Positions 26,501 to 41,500 of a DNA stretch of 64,000 nt are shown one piece after another (position 1 is the stretch's first letter; every line of letters begins with the position of its first letter). The notes beneath the pieces were generated by a model, which was not told the DNA's origin, did not search any database, and was given only the letters and a program-made list of their open reading frames with translations. This DNA comes from Eledone cirrhosa (Eukaryota): the NCBI GenBank assembly GCA_964016885.1, contig OZ024743.1:246016001-246080000 (forward strand), given 5' to 3'. The translations under genes and the position numbers were made by a program.

Positions 26501-29500
26501 TCACTATCTACTAAATAGTAGTTGCTGTTTAGCCCCCACAATCCCCAAGTCAGCTTTGACTGAGTAGACTTTCAATTAAAGCTATGACCATCCCATATGG
26601 TCATTACACTAATTGACACTATTCAATGCATTTTTATATAAAATGGAAGAGTGTAATTTGAGGGAGATTTAGCTGTTATTTCTAGCTGATTAAGTGACTC
26701 CATAACAGTTCTCTTATTGTGCATTAAATTGTTGTGTTTTACATAATGATGCAGAATTAGAATTTTCACAGAGTATAGAGAATTTCAGTGTCCTTGTTAT
26801 GGACATTGTTTTATAACTATGAGAAGTGCTCCTACTCTATGTCCCTCTCTGTGTATCTTAGAAATAAATAAATTGACAATTGAAGAACACAAGCTAGGGT
26901 AATATCTATATTAAAATAGGAAATATTACTGCAAAAAATAGGGGAGGGGACATACAAAATAATTTTGCTTAAATATTTTGTGTTTTTTAAAAAATTCTTA
27001 TAAATTTCTTCCAATTTTTGGAAACTAAATTCAAAATTATTCTTTGTAGAAGATGTCAAATCTTTATCATTACCTGGCTCCTACCAAGATAAAATTACTT
27101 CCATTGGAAAGTCTTTGAGGAAATTCAGTCGTCTAAAGGTGTTGGATTTATCCAGAAATTCTCTTACAAGTCTTTCTGTAAGTATTTGTTGAAATGTAAA
27201 GTATTATTCTATTTTAACAGAGCAATGCAATCTTTTAGTGTTAAAATATAATCTATAACCAATTCACATTTATTTTGATGAGATGGCTATGTAATAGATT
27301 CGTCATCATCATTTTATGTCTGCTCTCCATGCTGGCATAGATTGGATGGGTTGTCATGTTTTGAGACTAGATTGGTCAGAGGGACATCTTGCTCATACAT
27401 TCTATATCTGGCATGGTATCTATGGCTGGATGCCTTTCTTAATACTTTATAGATGAATTTAAGAGTTCTTATGTTATTTTTTAATTGCTAAAATTACTCT
27501 TCCTTACTATAATTACTTTATTTTCAAGATATGTTCTCAAATCAAGTCATTTAACATACATGTACAACTGGCTAAAATGATTCTTCTATGATATAATTGC
27601 TTTAGTTTCAATACGGTCTCTCAAATCAAGTCATTTGCCAAACAAGTATAGCTCTGAAATTTATAATCATTATTTTGTTGTTCTATGGACATGTTAATAA
27701 TAATTTAATGTGACTCTTGTTGGAGGATATTATTAATTGTGGAATTAATTCATTTTGTTGCAGGGCCTTGAACATTTAAAGCTGTTGGAAAAACTCAATT
27801 TGTATCCTTTATGTGAAATATTTACAAAATAGAAAATATCTTTCAGCAGGGAATTTATTTTTTATTATTTTAAAGTGGTGGATTGGCAGAATTGTTAGAG
27901 CATTGGATAAAATGCTTTGCAGTATTTGTTTTGGCTCTGTACGTTTTGAGTTCAATATGGCTAGAGATAGGAAGTGATGGAGGTCAACCAGGTAGGGGCA
28001 ACAGGAGTAAGAAGGCTCTGGATTTTGGATAAATATATATGTATACTTATAAGATCATCATCTGCTTTTCACTACCTCTCCCAACTTTGCTGTGGACACA
28101 ACAAGTGCTCTAGTATTGTAAAGTATTGTTACAATAAAATGCAGGCTTCTCTATAAAGTGGTTGTGCTGGTTCCATGATAAAATACACCCAGCCCACACT
28201 ATAAAATGGTGGTTCCATGATAAAATGCACCCTGCTCACTTTGTAATGTGGTAGTCCTGGTGCCATGGTAAAACACACTCAGTCCACCTTGTAAAGCGGT
28301 AGTGCTGGTCACAATAAAATGTACCCAGCATACACTGTGAAATGGTTGGCATTAAGAAGGGCATCCAGCTGTAGAAACTATGCCAAAATGAAACATACAA
28401 GCAATGCATGGACCTTTTACTGGTCAAAATTCAGATTGTGATAACCCATCTAACCTATGCCAGCATGGAAAATTAATGTAAAACTAACAATGATGATGAT
28501 TTTTCATGCTTACATGGGTTGGACAGGACTTTTTGAGGTAGTGATTTATATATTTGCATATGAAGAGAGAATCTGAGTATAACCTTCACTGCTTAGAAGC
28601 AATGTCTAAAGGAGTTAACCTTGATAGAGAATCAGGTCAGTAGAGAATTTGGGGTCCATCAACCTAATTCATTCTGAAGAGAATGGTTAGAAGAATGGTT
28701 GTGTCTGAATATGGGATGTATTCATTCATTTATATGAAGAGAGATGGACAGATTAGAACTTCAGTTTTATCCTTAAAAATCTACTACCAGATATTATAAC
28801 AACATTGCATCTTTGGAAGAGCTGAAGCTGTTACAAAAGAATCAAAACTTGTTGGAATTAGATTTACGTCTGAATCCAGTTACACGTAATGATCCTGACT
28901 ATCGACTTTATCTCATTCAGCTGCTGCCTAACTTACAGAAACTAGGTATGTCTTCCTTTTGTCACCTGACTTTGCTCTTTGTTTCAATTGTTGCATTGTA
29001 CAGCTTCCGAAACACACCCACTTTTCATTTATATATATGTATATATTATAATGTCACAACAAAAAGCACCCAGCCCACACTGTAAAGTGGTTCTTTTGGT
29101 GTCATGATAAAAAGCACCCAGTTCACACTGTAAATCTGGTTGGTGTTAGGAAGGGCATCTAGCTGTAGAAGCCAAGCCAGAAACAGTTCTGTATGAGCAA
29201 GACACAGTCACTTGATCTGACTTGCCCCAAATGGGACAACCAATCTAACCCATGCTAGCATGGAAAATGGACATTAAATGGTGATGATGATGATGATGAA
29301 CCCTGGAAACAAAAACAATTCTATTGTGGAAGAGTCATTTTAAGAATTTAAAAATACCTTAAAATTCTTATATTAACTTTAATGCCTTATTTACTAGCTT
29401 TAGAATAGGTCCATCATATCCTTGTATATCATAAAGGGTGACTAAAAGGGTTGACACAAGAAAAGGCATCCAGCTATAAAATATTGCCTCCCATGATGTA

Positions 29501-32500
29501 TATGAAGCCCGATAAAATGGCCTTAAGAGGCTAGTTGTTGTGTCTTATGTTCACCTTTTTATTTATCTTGGCACCTAGTTAAATATATGAAATTTCATTG
29601 TAACAGTTTCTGTTTTTTGAATTTGCTAAAACAACTCTTCCTTAACATAATTGCTTGTATTGTTAAATTTAACCCTTTTGAGACCATATTTCTAAGGAAA
29701 TACCTTTTAATTAATTAATGAAGAATTCCTAAAATTATTAAAATTATTAATTATTTCATTATATTTAACATAAGAAAAAATTCTTATATAAAATTATGTT
29801 GCAAACTTTTAAATTATCCCCTTCATTACCAACCTGGCCAAAACCTGCTCTGATTATATAAAATAAAAACACCCTTTTTAAAGTGTTTCTATTTATATTA
29901 AAATGTTCCAACATAATTTTATATCTTTGTAATAAAATAATTCATAATTTAAAAAATGTTCATTAACCCTTTAGTATTTACATTATTCTATATTTACTAT
30001 TGTATTTTCATGGTAAACACTTTAATATCTCACATAATATCGAATCTATGAGATTTTGATGTTATTTATTTTGAGTACAATACCTTAATGTAGATATGAG
30101 TGGCCAGTTGCAGCCAGTTTGAACAGAAAGAGGTGAGACAGTTTTGGCCGGATATGGCCGGTTTAAATGCTAAAGGGTTAATTTATTGAAATATTATGTA
30201 TTTCATTAGAAATACAGTCAAGAATGGTTTAAATAGGAACACTTCAAAATGGGTGACTTTATTTGATACAACCAGAAGGGATTGGGGGCAGGTTGGTATC
30301 AAAAAAGGTTAAATTATGTCGACAATTTTTCTTCTATATTTTCAGATGATCGCTGCATTCGTGATCGAGAACGACAATCAGCACAGCTTCATTTCAGTGA
30401 ATCTTCAGACTTTGATAAAAAACCAGAGATTATGGATGACATTAGCAATCCTCGGGCAGAGTTTGTAAAATCATTTGTTTATGGTAAAGGTAAAGACACT
30501 TTAACTCTTACACTCAGTATTTTTCCTCTGTAATCTTTGAATTATATTGTTGTTATTGTTAGGGTTCATGCTTGTGTAGGTTTAGTTAACCTTCCATGTG
30601 GTTGTGTCTCATCAGGGATTTCTTGGGCATTTTAATCATAGGGACCACAGTTCTATCATGTCATAATTATTTTTCTAGTGACAGAGACTAGATTTGAACT
30701 CAAAAGACACAGAGCTAGATCAGATACTGCAAAGCATCCTGTTTGATGCTCTAATAATTTCACCAATCAACCTCCCTGGAATAATACTTTATTTTATTAA
30801 CCCTTAAAGAATGAAGGACAAAGTCGACTTCAGCATGATTTGAACTTAGACACACAGAGACAGAACTGATACTGAAATGTATCCTGCTTAATGCGTTAAT
30901 TCTCCCAATTCATTGCCTCTTGACTGGTCCTTTATTTATTGACCCAGAAAGGACAAAAGTTCACCTCAGCAAGATTTGAACTGAGAACCAAGAGAGCCAA
31001 AACAAATACCACATGGTATTTAATCTGATGCTTTAAAGACTGTCAGTTTCTCATGTTTTTCATCTCAGGGTGGAAAGATCCAGAACAAATACTGCAAGCC
31101 ATTTAATCCAATGCTCTAATGACATTGCTAACTTACCACCTTCTAATTATATTTCATAATACTAAATTATTAGGTGCAGACATGCTTGTGTGGTTAAGGA
31201 GTTTGCTTTGCAACCACTGCATGACATCTTCTATTATAGCCTCAAGTTGACCAATGTAAAATTTGGTAGGTAGAAAACTACAGAAGCCCATCACATATAT
31301 ACTGTATATCATCATCATCATTTTCATCACCATTTAACGTCCATTTTCCATGCTAGTTATATGAGTTGCCCCATTGTGAGAAAAATCAGATTAGATGACT
31401 GTGTCTTGCTCATACAGAACTGTTTCTGGCTTGGTTTCTATGACTGGATGCCCTTCCTAATGCCAATCACATTTACAATTTGGAATGGATGCTTTTTATT
31501 GTGGCACCAAAATGATTATTTTACAGTGTGAACTAGGTGCATTTAGTTGTGACGCCAACACAGCCACTTTACAGTATGGACTGGGCACTTTTTTGTCACA
31601 TCACCAAAACGACCACTTTACAGTGTGGACTGGGCATTTTTGTATATATATATATATATATATAAATGAAAGGCAGGCTGTATGATGCCTGCATACGAAC
31701 ACAATGTTGCATGGCAGTGAGACCTGGGCATTGTGTGCAGAGGATATACGCAGACTGGAGAGGAACGAAGCTTGCATGCTCCGCTGGATGTGTAATATTA
31801 ATGTATGTGAACGGCAAAGCATAAACAAACTAAGGGAGAAATTAGGAATAAGAGGGATCAGATGCTGTTTACTCGAGAGAAGACTACGTTGCTATGGTCA
31901 CGTGATGTGCATGAAAGACGACAGCTGTATAAAAAAGTGCAGGGCGATAAAAATAGACGGTAGCCACGGAGTAGGCAGACCCAGAAAAACCTGGGACGAC
32001 TTGATAAATTCCGACCTCACACACTTACACCTCTCCAAGACAATGTCACTGGACCGAGATCTTTGGCGCTACACAGTAATACAGAAGACCCGTCTTGCCT
32101 AAGTACAAAGCGAAACCTACAGTCAGTAGGCACCTCTAACAAAAATACACCCCCGTCCCACTACCCCCACCCCATCCACACCACTCCTTCCAATCTAAAG
32201 TTATGTTGGTACCACAACATCCAGTCCGAAACAAATGAGGTCGTGTAGGTGTCACGACAAAAAAAAACACAGTCCACTCTGTAATGTGGCCGTGTAGGTA
32301 ACACGGTAAAAACCTCTCAGTCCACACTGTAAACGTGGTTGGTGTTAGGAAGGGCATCCAGCCGTAGAAAACCCGCCAGACAGTCCTATACGAGCAAGAC
32401 AACCAATCTTGCCTCAAGTGGGAAAATTCCCGTCCAAACCCATGCTAGCGTGGAAGATGGACGTTAAACAATGATGATATGTATGTGAGTGTTATGTATT

Positions 32501-35500
32501 ATGAATATATATGTGTTTTGTGTACACATGTGTTCGCAAGTTCACTGTTTGTCTATGTCCAGTAAATTAGCAGTTTGACAATAAAGAGATTAATAAAATA
32601 AAATAAAATCTTTACAAAAAATAGTACCAAAATTAACATGATTAACCAAAAATTGGTTCTCAAACATGGCTGAGGTCAAATGGCTGAAATTAGTAAAAGA
32701 ATTAAAAAAATATAAGTACCTACCAATAGGTGACATCTATGTATATGATAGCCTTCCACATTGTTTCTGTTTATCAAATGTCATTTACAATTCATTGTCC
32801 GGCCTGTAACAAATTGATGTTATTGTTAAGTAGTTAGATGTGAAGTCTTATATTTTATCAAAGGTCATTCTTCTACAGGCAAATGTTGTTTTTATTAGTT
32901 TTAAAGAAAATGTAGGAAAATTTCAGACAGAAAAATAACTGTAAATACAGTTGGTTGCTACAAATAGTGTAGAAAATCAAGTAAAGTCTCCTTATGAGCA
33001 ACCACTTTTTTTCCATTTATAAGGGGTCTTTTTTAAGCTATTTATAGCAACCAACTATTTACTGTTATTTTTCTGTGTCTGAGTTTTCAGACATTTTTAT
33101 GAAACTCATAATCTCTCAGTACTTCGAAAGTTAAAATTTTGCATACAATGTTGTTTTTATTAGTTCTTTTTACTGTTTAGTCAGAGAAGAATGGGAAATG
33201 TCCATTAACATTTACGGGGTCTCTGAAACTGGTGGGAAGGCAGTGATTATCCTCAGATGAGAAACCTTGTCTGAATTCTTGCAATAGAAGCAACCCCACT
33301 AAAGACATTCACGGGCCAACTGGTGGGATTGTTATAGTAAAAGGCCTTTAACTTCTGGGGTATTTTCTAAACCCGACAGAGTTCATCCCTCAGTGTGTTT
33401 TAACTGTAACCTTAACCCTTTTCATATCAAAATGTCTGAAACAAGCCCTAATTCTATGATACAAAACTGTTTCTTTTAAAGTGTTTATATTTATCTAAAA
33501 CCTTTCTGTTCTAATTTTATGTAAGAACCTTTGTTAACTTATGTTCCAAACACCAGCTTAATAATGATAAAGTTAGTTATATTATTAATAAGTTTTATTT
33601 CAGGTCTAGACAATGTAAATAAAGCCAATTTGATCAAAGTATCTCTTTTATTTTATATTTTACACCACATCCCAGCACCAGAACTAAACATATCTAAAGG
33701 CCCAAGAAAGATACTTACCCCAGTCTGAACACTTCAACAGTGAACTTCAAAGCCATTTCCACTTTTTGCTTCAGAAAATAAACTATTTTAGTTTTAGCAC
33801 TTTTTTGAAAAATGTAAAAATTCATGTTTAATCCTGGCCTGGACCAAGTAAAATATGAAAAGCAGCACTGAAACTTGTAATTTTCTATGAATTATGACCG
33901 TATTATATTATTTACTTTGGCTTTTACAGCTTTTAGTGATGATATTGGTGTTCTGGATATCCTTGACCCCACACATACTAAATTCCTTCAAACACAGCAA
34001 TTATCTGGTTCAACAGCCAAGCAATCTTCTATCGAAGAATATTCTTTTGAAGGTAAGCATAGCATGTTCTTTGTTTTGTCTTTTCTATTTCGAATTTTGG
34101 TCTGCAGCAATCAGCAAGCATTTTGATTGCCCTATGCTAAAGCAGGGGCTAGGCATGTGGGCCCCATAAAAGATTCATGCTCATCATGGGGTCCTTTTTG
34201 AAGCAATATTTTATAGCTATATGTCCTTCCTTGAGCCTACCTTTTTAGTCACTTAGAACACACACGGATATGGTGTACCTATTTCAATTGGATATACCAG
34301 CTACAATTGTTTCGTTTTGTTTTTGTTTAACCTCAGTTCTGCCCTAATCTCAAGGCCTATGAGCAGGCCTGAACAGCGGGGATGGGATAGGTGTTAGGCT
34401 AGTTGGTATGGGCACACTATTTTGAAGGAGCATACTTCTCTTAAATTTTAGTTCTTTCATACTGTTCTGTTACTTGTAATTACATCATATACACTAAATG
34501 TACATGTACATAAAAAGGAAAGGAAAAGGCCCTTAAATCCTGACGGGGGGTCATAAGGGCACCATTCTGATATATGGCATGTCTTGGGCATTTTAAATCT
34601 AGTGGAGTTCGTCCCTCTCCAGGTCTGAACACAACTGATTTCTTCCAGAGAAGGAGAGATAGTGGAAAAAGTGATTCTAGTACTGGACTGGTACTTTATT
34701 TATCAATCTCAAAAGGATGAAAGGCAAAGTTGATTTTGGTGGGATTTGAACTGAGAGAGCACAGTGAGGTATTTAATGCAATGTCCTAACAACTAATCTT
34801 ATTTTGCCAATTTGCCTTATAAGGCGACACACATATGTATATATATGTGTATGTGTGTATACCCATACACAAACCATATGTCTTTAACACTGATTACTAA
34901 AATACTTAATGAGTCGTTTGAAATGGGGGTCTACATTGTACATTGTACTGAGCATATTATCAGCTTTGGGAGCCTACATTTCACATCTGATCTGGATTTA
35001 TTACCTGTTTTGCAGGCCAGCTAAAAATGTCCTGGTGTTTCTGAAAATTCATGTATTTAAGAGAAACATTCACAAAAGCAAAAGGAGTCTAAAAGAAGCT
35101 TTGTGCCCTATTGATAAAATTTTCATCAGAGGCCCTATTTGATGCAGCAGACATTATAATAAAGGGTGTAGCAGTTGTGACCATCATGTATTCTTTTATA
35201 TCTAGGATAGTCATGATGGTGCCACAATAAGATGTACCCAACCCACTCCATAATGTGGTAGAGCTGGTGCCATGATAAAAAATCCCTCAGTTCATTTTGT
35301 AAGGTAGTAATGCTTGTGCCACAATAAAAAACATCTAGTTATTAATATGTTGAACACAGGTAATTCTCAAGTTTGGTCCCACTGTGTGGCATCTTGGGCA
35401 AGTGTCATATACCATTGGGTTGACCACAGTCTTGTGAGAAAAATTTGGTAGATGGAAATAGTATTGAAGTTCACTCATATGGACTTGTACCTATAATTCA

Positions 35501-38500
35501 AAAGTGTAGTCTTGTCTCTCAGTCATACTGATTCTACTTAAGAATTACTTTAAGGGTACATATGTCTGAGGAATACTCAGCCATTTTGCATGGTAATTCA
35601 ATGAGCAGACCAATTGGTAGCACAACTTAATGTTCATACATTATTCTTGATGGGTGAATCCAACATAATATGTATTATCAGTTGTAGAATAATGACAGGT
35701 TAAGTTGACTTCTACAGAATTTGAATACAAAATTGTAAGTTAACAGCAAGTTGCTTTTAGAGTTAATCCTAGTATTATTTTGTTTTTTATTGGATCAATA
35801 TACAGAAAGGAGCTGTGTCAATGGTATTTACTGGCTGCCTGAGAGTGGTTAGGTTATCATCATTATCATCCTCACTACTTCCAAACTAACTATTTTATAT
35901 AATGGCCTGATCCAGTCCAATTCTGATCAGACCGGATCGGCTTAAATCGGATCAAAAAGATTGGATCAGACCGGATTGGCTCAAACCAGATCAGACTGGA
36001 TTGGATCAAACGGGACTGAATCAGATTGCGTTGGATCAGACTGGATCAGTTCAGATCAAACTGAATTGGATCACACTGGACCGGATCAGATCAAACTAGT
36101 TCAGATCAAACCAGATTGGATCAAACTGGACTGGATCAGACCAGATCGGATCAGATCAAACTGAATCAGATTGGATTAAACTGGACCAGATCAGCTGTAA
36201 AATCCCTGGCCAAATTTACAGTCCCATCGGGGCAAGGTATCGCATGGCCAATTCGGGCCGGACTTGTCTCCCGACATGGACGACTATTCTAACCCATGCA
36301 AGCATGGAAAAATGGTCGCTAAACACTGATGATGATGATATATATATATATAAGTATAAAGGATGGTGTGCTCAAGCACAGAGATACTGTAAATAGCTTA
36401 TAAAAAATAGGGTGAAGACCCTTAAAAGACAGACAAAGAAGTTGCCATCTGGCGCTATGAGGAATCCGTCTAACCCATGCTAGCGTGGAAAATGGACGTT
36501 AAACGAAGATGATGATGATGATGATGATGATGAGACAAATATATTTGGAGCATATGAAAAGGATGGGGTCTCTGACCTCTCTATCCTCGGATCATCGCGA
36601 TTCATCTAACCCACAGCATCATTGAAAGCCGACATAAAATGATGATGATGATAAATACTTTAAAATATACAGCTTAATATTATAGAACATATGGTAGTTT
36701 CCCATGATTTGTTATTGAGTTATTTTTTGGTGAAATATATATTCACTTTTTTTAAATGTGAGATTCTATCGCTTGTTCTCTGCCACTGGAAACATACACA
36801 CTTCTTTAAATATTTATATATATAAATTTGACAGTAGAAATCGCAGTGATAGACACATTTTTCCAATGCAGGTGGGTTCTATAGAAGTGGTTGATAGCTT
36901 CCGGTACCTAGGTGATCAGATTAGCATGGGAGGAGGGTGTTCTGAGGCCATAGTATCTAGAATAAGGACGGGTTGGAATAAGTTTAGGGAGCTGCTTCCT
37001 CTGTTGACAAAGAAGGGTTTCTCGCTGCATACGAAAGGCCAGTTATATGATGCCTGTGTGAGATGTGCGATGCTGCATAGTAGTGAGACATGGGCAGCAA
37101 CTACAGAGGATATGCGATGGCTGGAGAAAAATGAAGCCAGCATGCTCCGTTGGATGTGCAATGTCAATGTGCGTGAATGACCAAGCATAGATGAGTTGAA
37201 AGAGAAACTGTATAAGAGGGATAAGTTGTAGTGTGCGGGAGAGAAGACTGAGATGGTATGGACATGTGATGCGCATGGAGGATGACCATTGGGTAAAGAA
37301 GTGCCAAGAAATCCCAGTAGAAGGAAGACGCAGTAGAGGAAGATCACGAAAAACATGGGCAGAGGTGGTGAGAGCAGACCTCAGATCGCTGAAGCTCACA
37401 GAGATGACGAAGGACCGTGACAAGTGGAGAGATGCTGTGCTGAATAGGACCCATCCCACCATTGCAAGCAGGGTAAAGCGGACGTAAAATGATGATGATA
37501 AATATGTTAGACCTTTTAACATTGATATTTATTCTGAAACTAAAGAAGATACATATGTATTGATAAACATGTTTTGGGAAATTGTAGTCAGAAATGTTTT
37601 GACAGAACAACATTTCTACCCCAAACAAGAATGAAATACATATTTGTTGTACCACCCAATGTTGACATTTTGATAAAATATATTTAAAAAGTTGGCTGAA
37701 TGTAAAATATTTTGACAATTTAATCAAAAGTTTGAAAGTTATTTCCACATATGTTGCTTAATGTCTTTTCATTTGTGATTATGTGGGTGTGTATCTGTTT
37801 GTGCATATGTGTGTGTGTTTGTGTGCATATGTTCATGTGCATACAATGATAGTTTGCAAACAAAACAAACACATTGTTTTACTAAACAACTTCGCTCATG
37901 TTTGTTTAAGAGTAAAAAGAATAAGTTAATTTCTTTACTGATTTTGTAATAATTAATTTGTATGATTTATTCAGGGTTTAGAGCCCCATATTAAAACACC
38001 TAGGAAACCCCCTATAACATTGAACCCAATAAGATGCCAACACACGAGGCCTGATTTATCAGGGATGAAGGAGAGCATGTGGCATATGCCTTGGGTATCT
38101 CTTGTAAAACTGGGTCCCTTCTAGGAACATCCCCCACACTCTCCGAACAGGGCCCTACATTCATCACCCAGAATGTAGAGCAGCAGAGAAGGACTGAGAG
38201 AATAAAAATGAAAATGGTAAGGTGGATGAGTAGAGTATTGCTCAGAGAGATGATAGCAAACAATTAATTGCAGGGTATGATAGGAATAAAGCCAGTGATG
38301 GATGTGGTGAAGAGAAATGGAGTGGGACGGTTGGGTCATGTGTAGAGGAAGGATGAAAGTGGCAGGATGAGAGGAGTGATGGAAATGAATGTGGAGGAAG
38401 GCAGAAAAAGGGGAAGACCAAAAAATACATGACTGGAGATGATGGTGGAAGAAGTGAAAGCCAGAGAATTGTTGAGGGAGATTGCTGTCAATATAGCAAA

Positions 38501-41500
38501 GTTTTGAAACTTGCCATGAAGCCTGCAATGTCAACCGTTAGCAGGAAAAATGACCTTAAAATTATTGTTATATGAGGGACCTACTAAAATCTGAACTGCC
38601 CTGAGCCCCCCAAAGTCTAAATATGGCCCTACCAACACAACCTGAGCAGATGTAAGCTGTAGCTGCTATGAATTGGCAGAAACAATGAAGTGTTAAATGA
38701 AAGGCTTTGAAGTATTTATTCTGTCTCCTTATATACTGAGTTGAAAACCGGCTGAGGACAACAACACCTTTCATTCTTCCATATTTGATAAAGAATTTAC
38801 CAAACAAGGGTGGTAGATTTTTTAACTGCAGCATCAGACGTTTGTAGTCTAGTCGTTTGTAATCTGAGTTCAAATCAAGCTGTAGCCCAATTGGGTGGTA
38901 GACTTAATCCATCACCCCATTTCACAGCACACTGGTACCTTTAGCAAAGTTTTCTCAGTTGCAAGAATTTGGGTCAAGTGTCCAGTTTGAGGATAGCTTC
39001 CTCCCACCCACCATGGAGGCCCTGGAAAAAGTCATATGCACACCATACCACCAAGTTTAACACAACCAACTGGCTCATAGGTACCTTTTGGTAAAGTTTT
39101 CTCTGTTGTTAGCTTTGGTTATTTGTATGTAAGGACCTGCAACCTTTTGTGGAGTTGGGCACCATAGTCACATACATGTCTTGGGCATTTTAAAACTGGT
39201 AGAGCTCATCCCTCTCCAGGTGCGAACACAGCTGATTTCTTCCAGAAAAAGAGAGGAAGTGAGAAAGAAATATTGGGGAAGAATCAACCCCAGTAGTGGA
39301 CTGATGCTTTTTTTATTTTATTGATTTCAAAAGGATGAAAGGCAAAGTTGACCTCTGCAGAATTTGACCTGATAGCGCAGAGAATTGGAATGAATACTGC
39401 AAAGCATTCTATCCAACATTTTAATGACTCTGCCTATTCACCGTTGCTTACTTAAATGATCTGGAAGCTCTGCTGTTATAATTGAGTTTATTTGATTAGA
39501 GTGGATTTTTGTTTTTTACCAGATGAGAATGTGTGGATGATGAAAGTCTCTTTTCTGCCACATATCACATCTAATTGTGTAATAGCTACTATTCTCCTTT
39601 ATGAGGTTCATCACTTTGATGAATTTGACTTGCTAGAAATAGCAGCTAAATCTCATTTATATTACACACTACTAACTTTAAAAACGATGGCACTACGCCT
39701 TCAATGTTATGATCACATACTATGTTTGAAAAATAACGAGATGGTCATGCTTGGAGTAGCTTTGACTCTAGGCCTACTCGGGCAGTGTTGATCTGGGGTT
39801 AATCGATAACAATAGCAATAAACAACTTATACATTTCAAAAATTGAAAATAATAAATACAAGGAAAAGAAGTAAAAGAATAGAAAAAAATCGAGAAATAA
39901 ACCAAGTGAATTTACAGTACTTAGAAGTTATTTCCCTTAATTTTATGGATTTTCAGGATTTGTAGGAGTTATTTCCCTTGGCTTATAAATCTGAAATGCT
40001 GCAAGGATCTTTGTTCATTTTTATCTTTTAAACAATTTATTTTTGATTTTGTGGGGGAATAAAGATTTCTTAGTCGTTGTCATCGCCTTCTTTTTCTTCA
40101 TCACCGTCGAAACCATTGGATGCCCTTCCTAATGTCAACCACTTTACAGCGTGTACTATAAGCATTTTATTGACTCCAGCACTACCACCTTACAAGGTGA
40201 ACTGATGCCTTTTCTCATGGTACCAGCACCTTACATTGTAGATTGGGTGCTTTTTTCTCGTGTCATACTGTCATACCATCATGAGAGAGGAAGTAGTATG
40301 GCAGTATGCTTTGCGATATATAGTTACGATCCGAGTTCAAATCCCACCAAGGTTAGCTTTACCTTTCATCCCTACGGGAGCAATAAAATAAGTACCTGTG
40401 GTGCACAGGGGGCGCTTTAATCGACTTCCCCCCCAAAAATAAAGAATTGTTAGCCTTGTGCCTAAATCAGAAATCATTAATATTATTACTGTTGTTGTTG
40501 TTGTTAAAAACTGATTTAGAGAGATATATCAAAACTGAAATGTATATTGGTTCTTGATTAAAATATACTGAGTTTATGTATTATTTTAGCTCTGAAACTG
40601 ATGAAATTAAAAGAGTCACCAGAAACTGAACCAAAACAAACAAATGGTACAAATGTAAGTGATGAGGATTATCTTGTTTTTTTTCTAGGAAAAATATTAT
40701 TTTCTGAAAAGCTTGTAGAAGTAAAAATCTTAGTAGAAATAAAAATCTTAGTTTCTTTTAAAAAAATTGACCCCAAAATGGCTGTGTGGTTAAGAGGTTT
40801 GCTTCACTATCTTGGTTTCTATTCCATGGCATAACACCATGAACAAATGTTTTCTGCTATAGCCTTCGGCTGACCAATATCTTGTGAATGAGTTTGATAG
40901 ATGACTACCCTATCAAAGCCTGTCATGTATATATAGTATTCATTTGTATCTAGTCTAGGAGGAAGAACAATTCTCCGGCCTGCACCTGTTTCAGATGTTA
41001 GACTATGCCCATGCTAGGGTTCCACGATTAAAGGATTTTCTTGACCTCAATTCCAGTACATATATTTTAAAATCTAGTATTTATTTTATTGATCTCTTCT
41101 ATTCTCTTTGAAACGTGTGTGTGTGTCTATGTGTTCATATGTATGATCGTACCCTATCGCTTGCGACGAGGATTCTTCCAGCTAGGTTTCTCAAATGGAA
41201 CTGCTTGAAATTAAGGTGAGAGTGTCTAAGCATTCCATAGACACGTATAACGGAGGGTTTCAGGGTGGGACTACATTGGTTCTTCGACTTACTGGCAGAG
41301 TACACTTTTTTTACTTCAGTGGAGAGAAGAAAGGCAAAATAAAGTGTCTTGCTCAAGAACACAATGCACTGATGGGATTCGAACATTACAATCACGAGAC
41401 ACACACACGGACATAAACGCACACACATATGCACACATACACAGATACAGTAACACACATATGCACACACACACAAGCAAACAGATACACATACACACAT

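Noticed and set aside
35961-36164. ORF with DWIGS-like repeats
   Set aside because: Translation of the pentamer satellite
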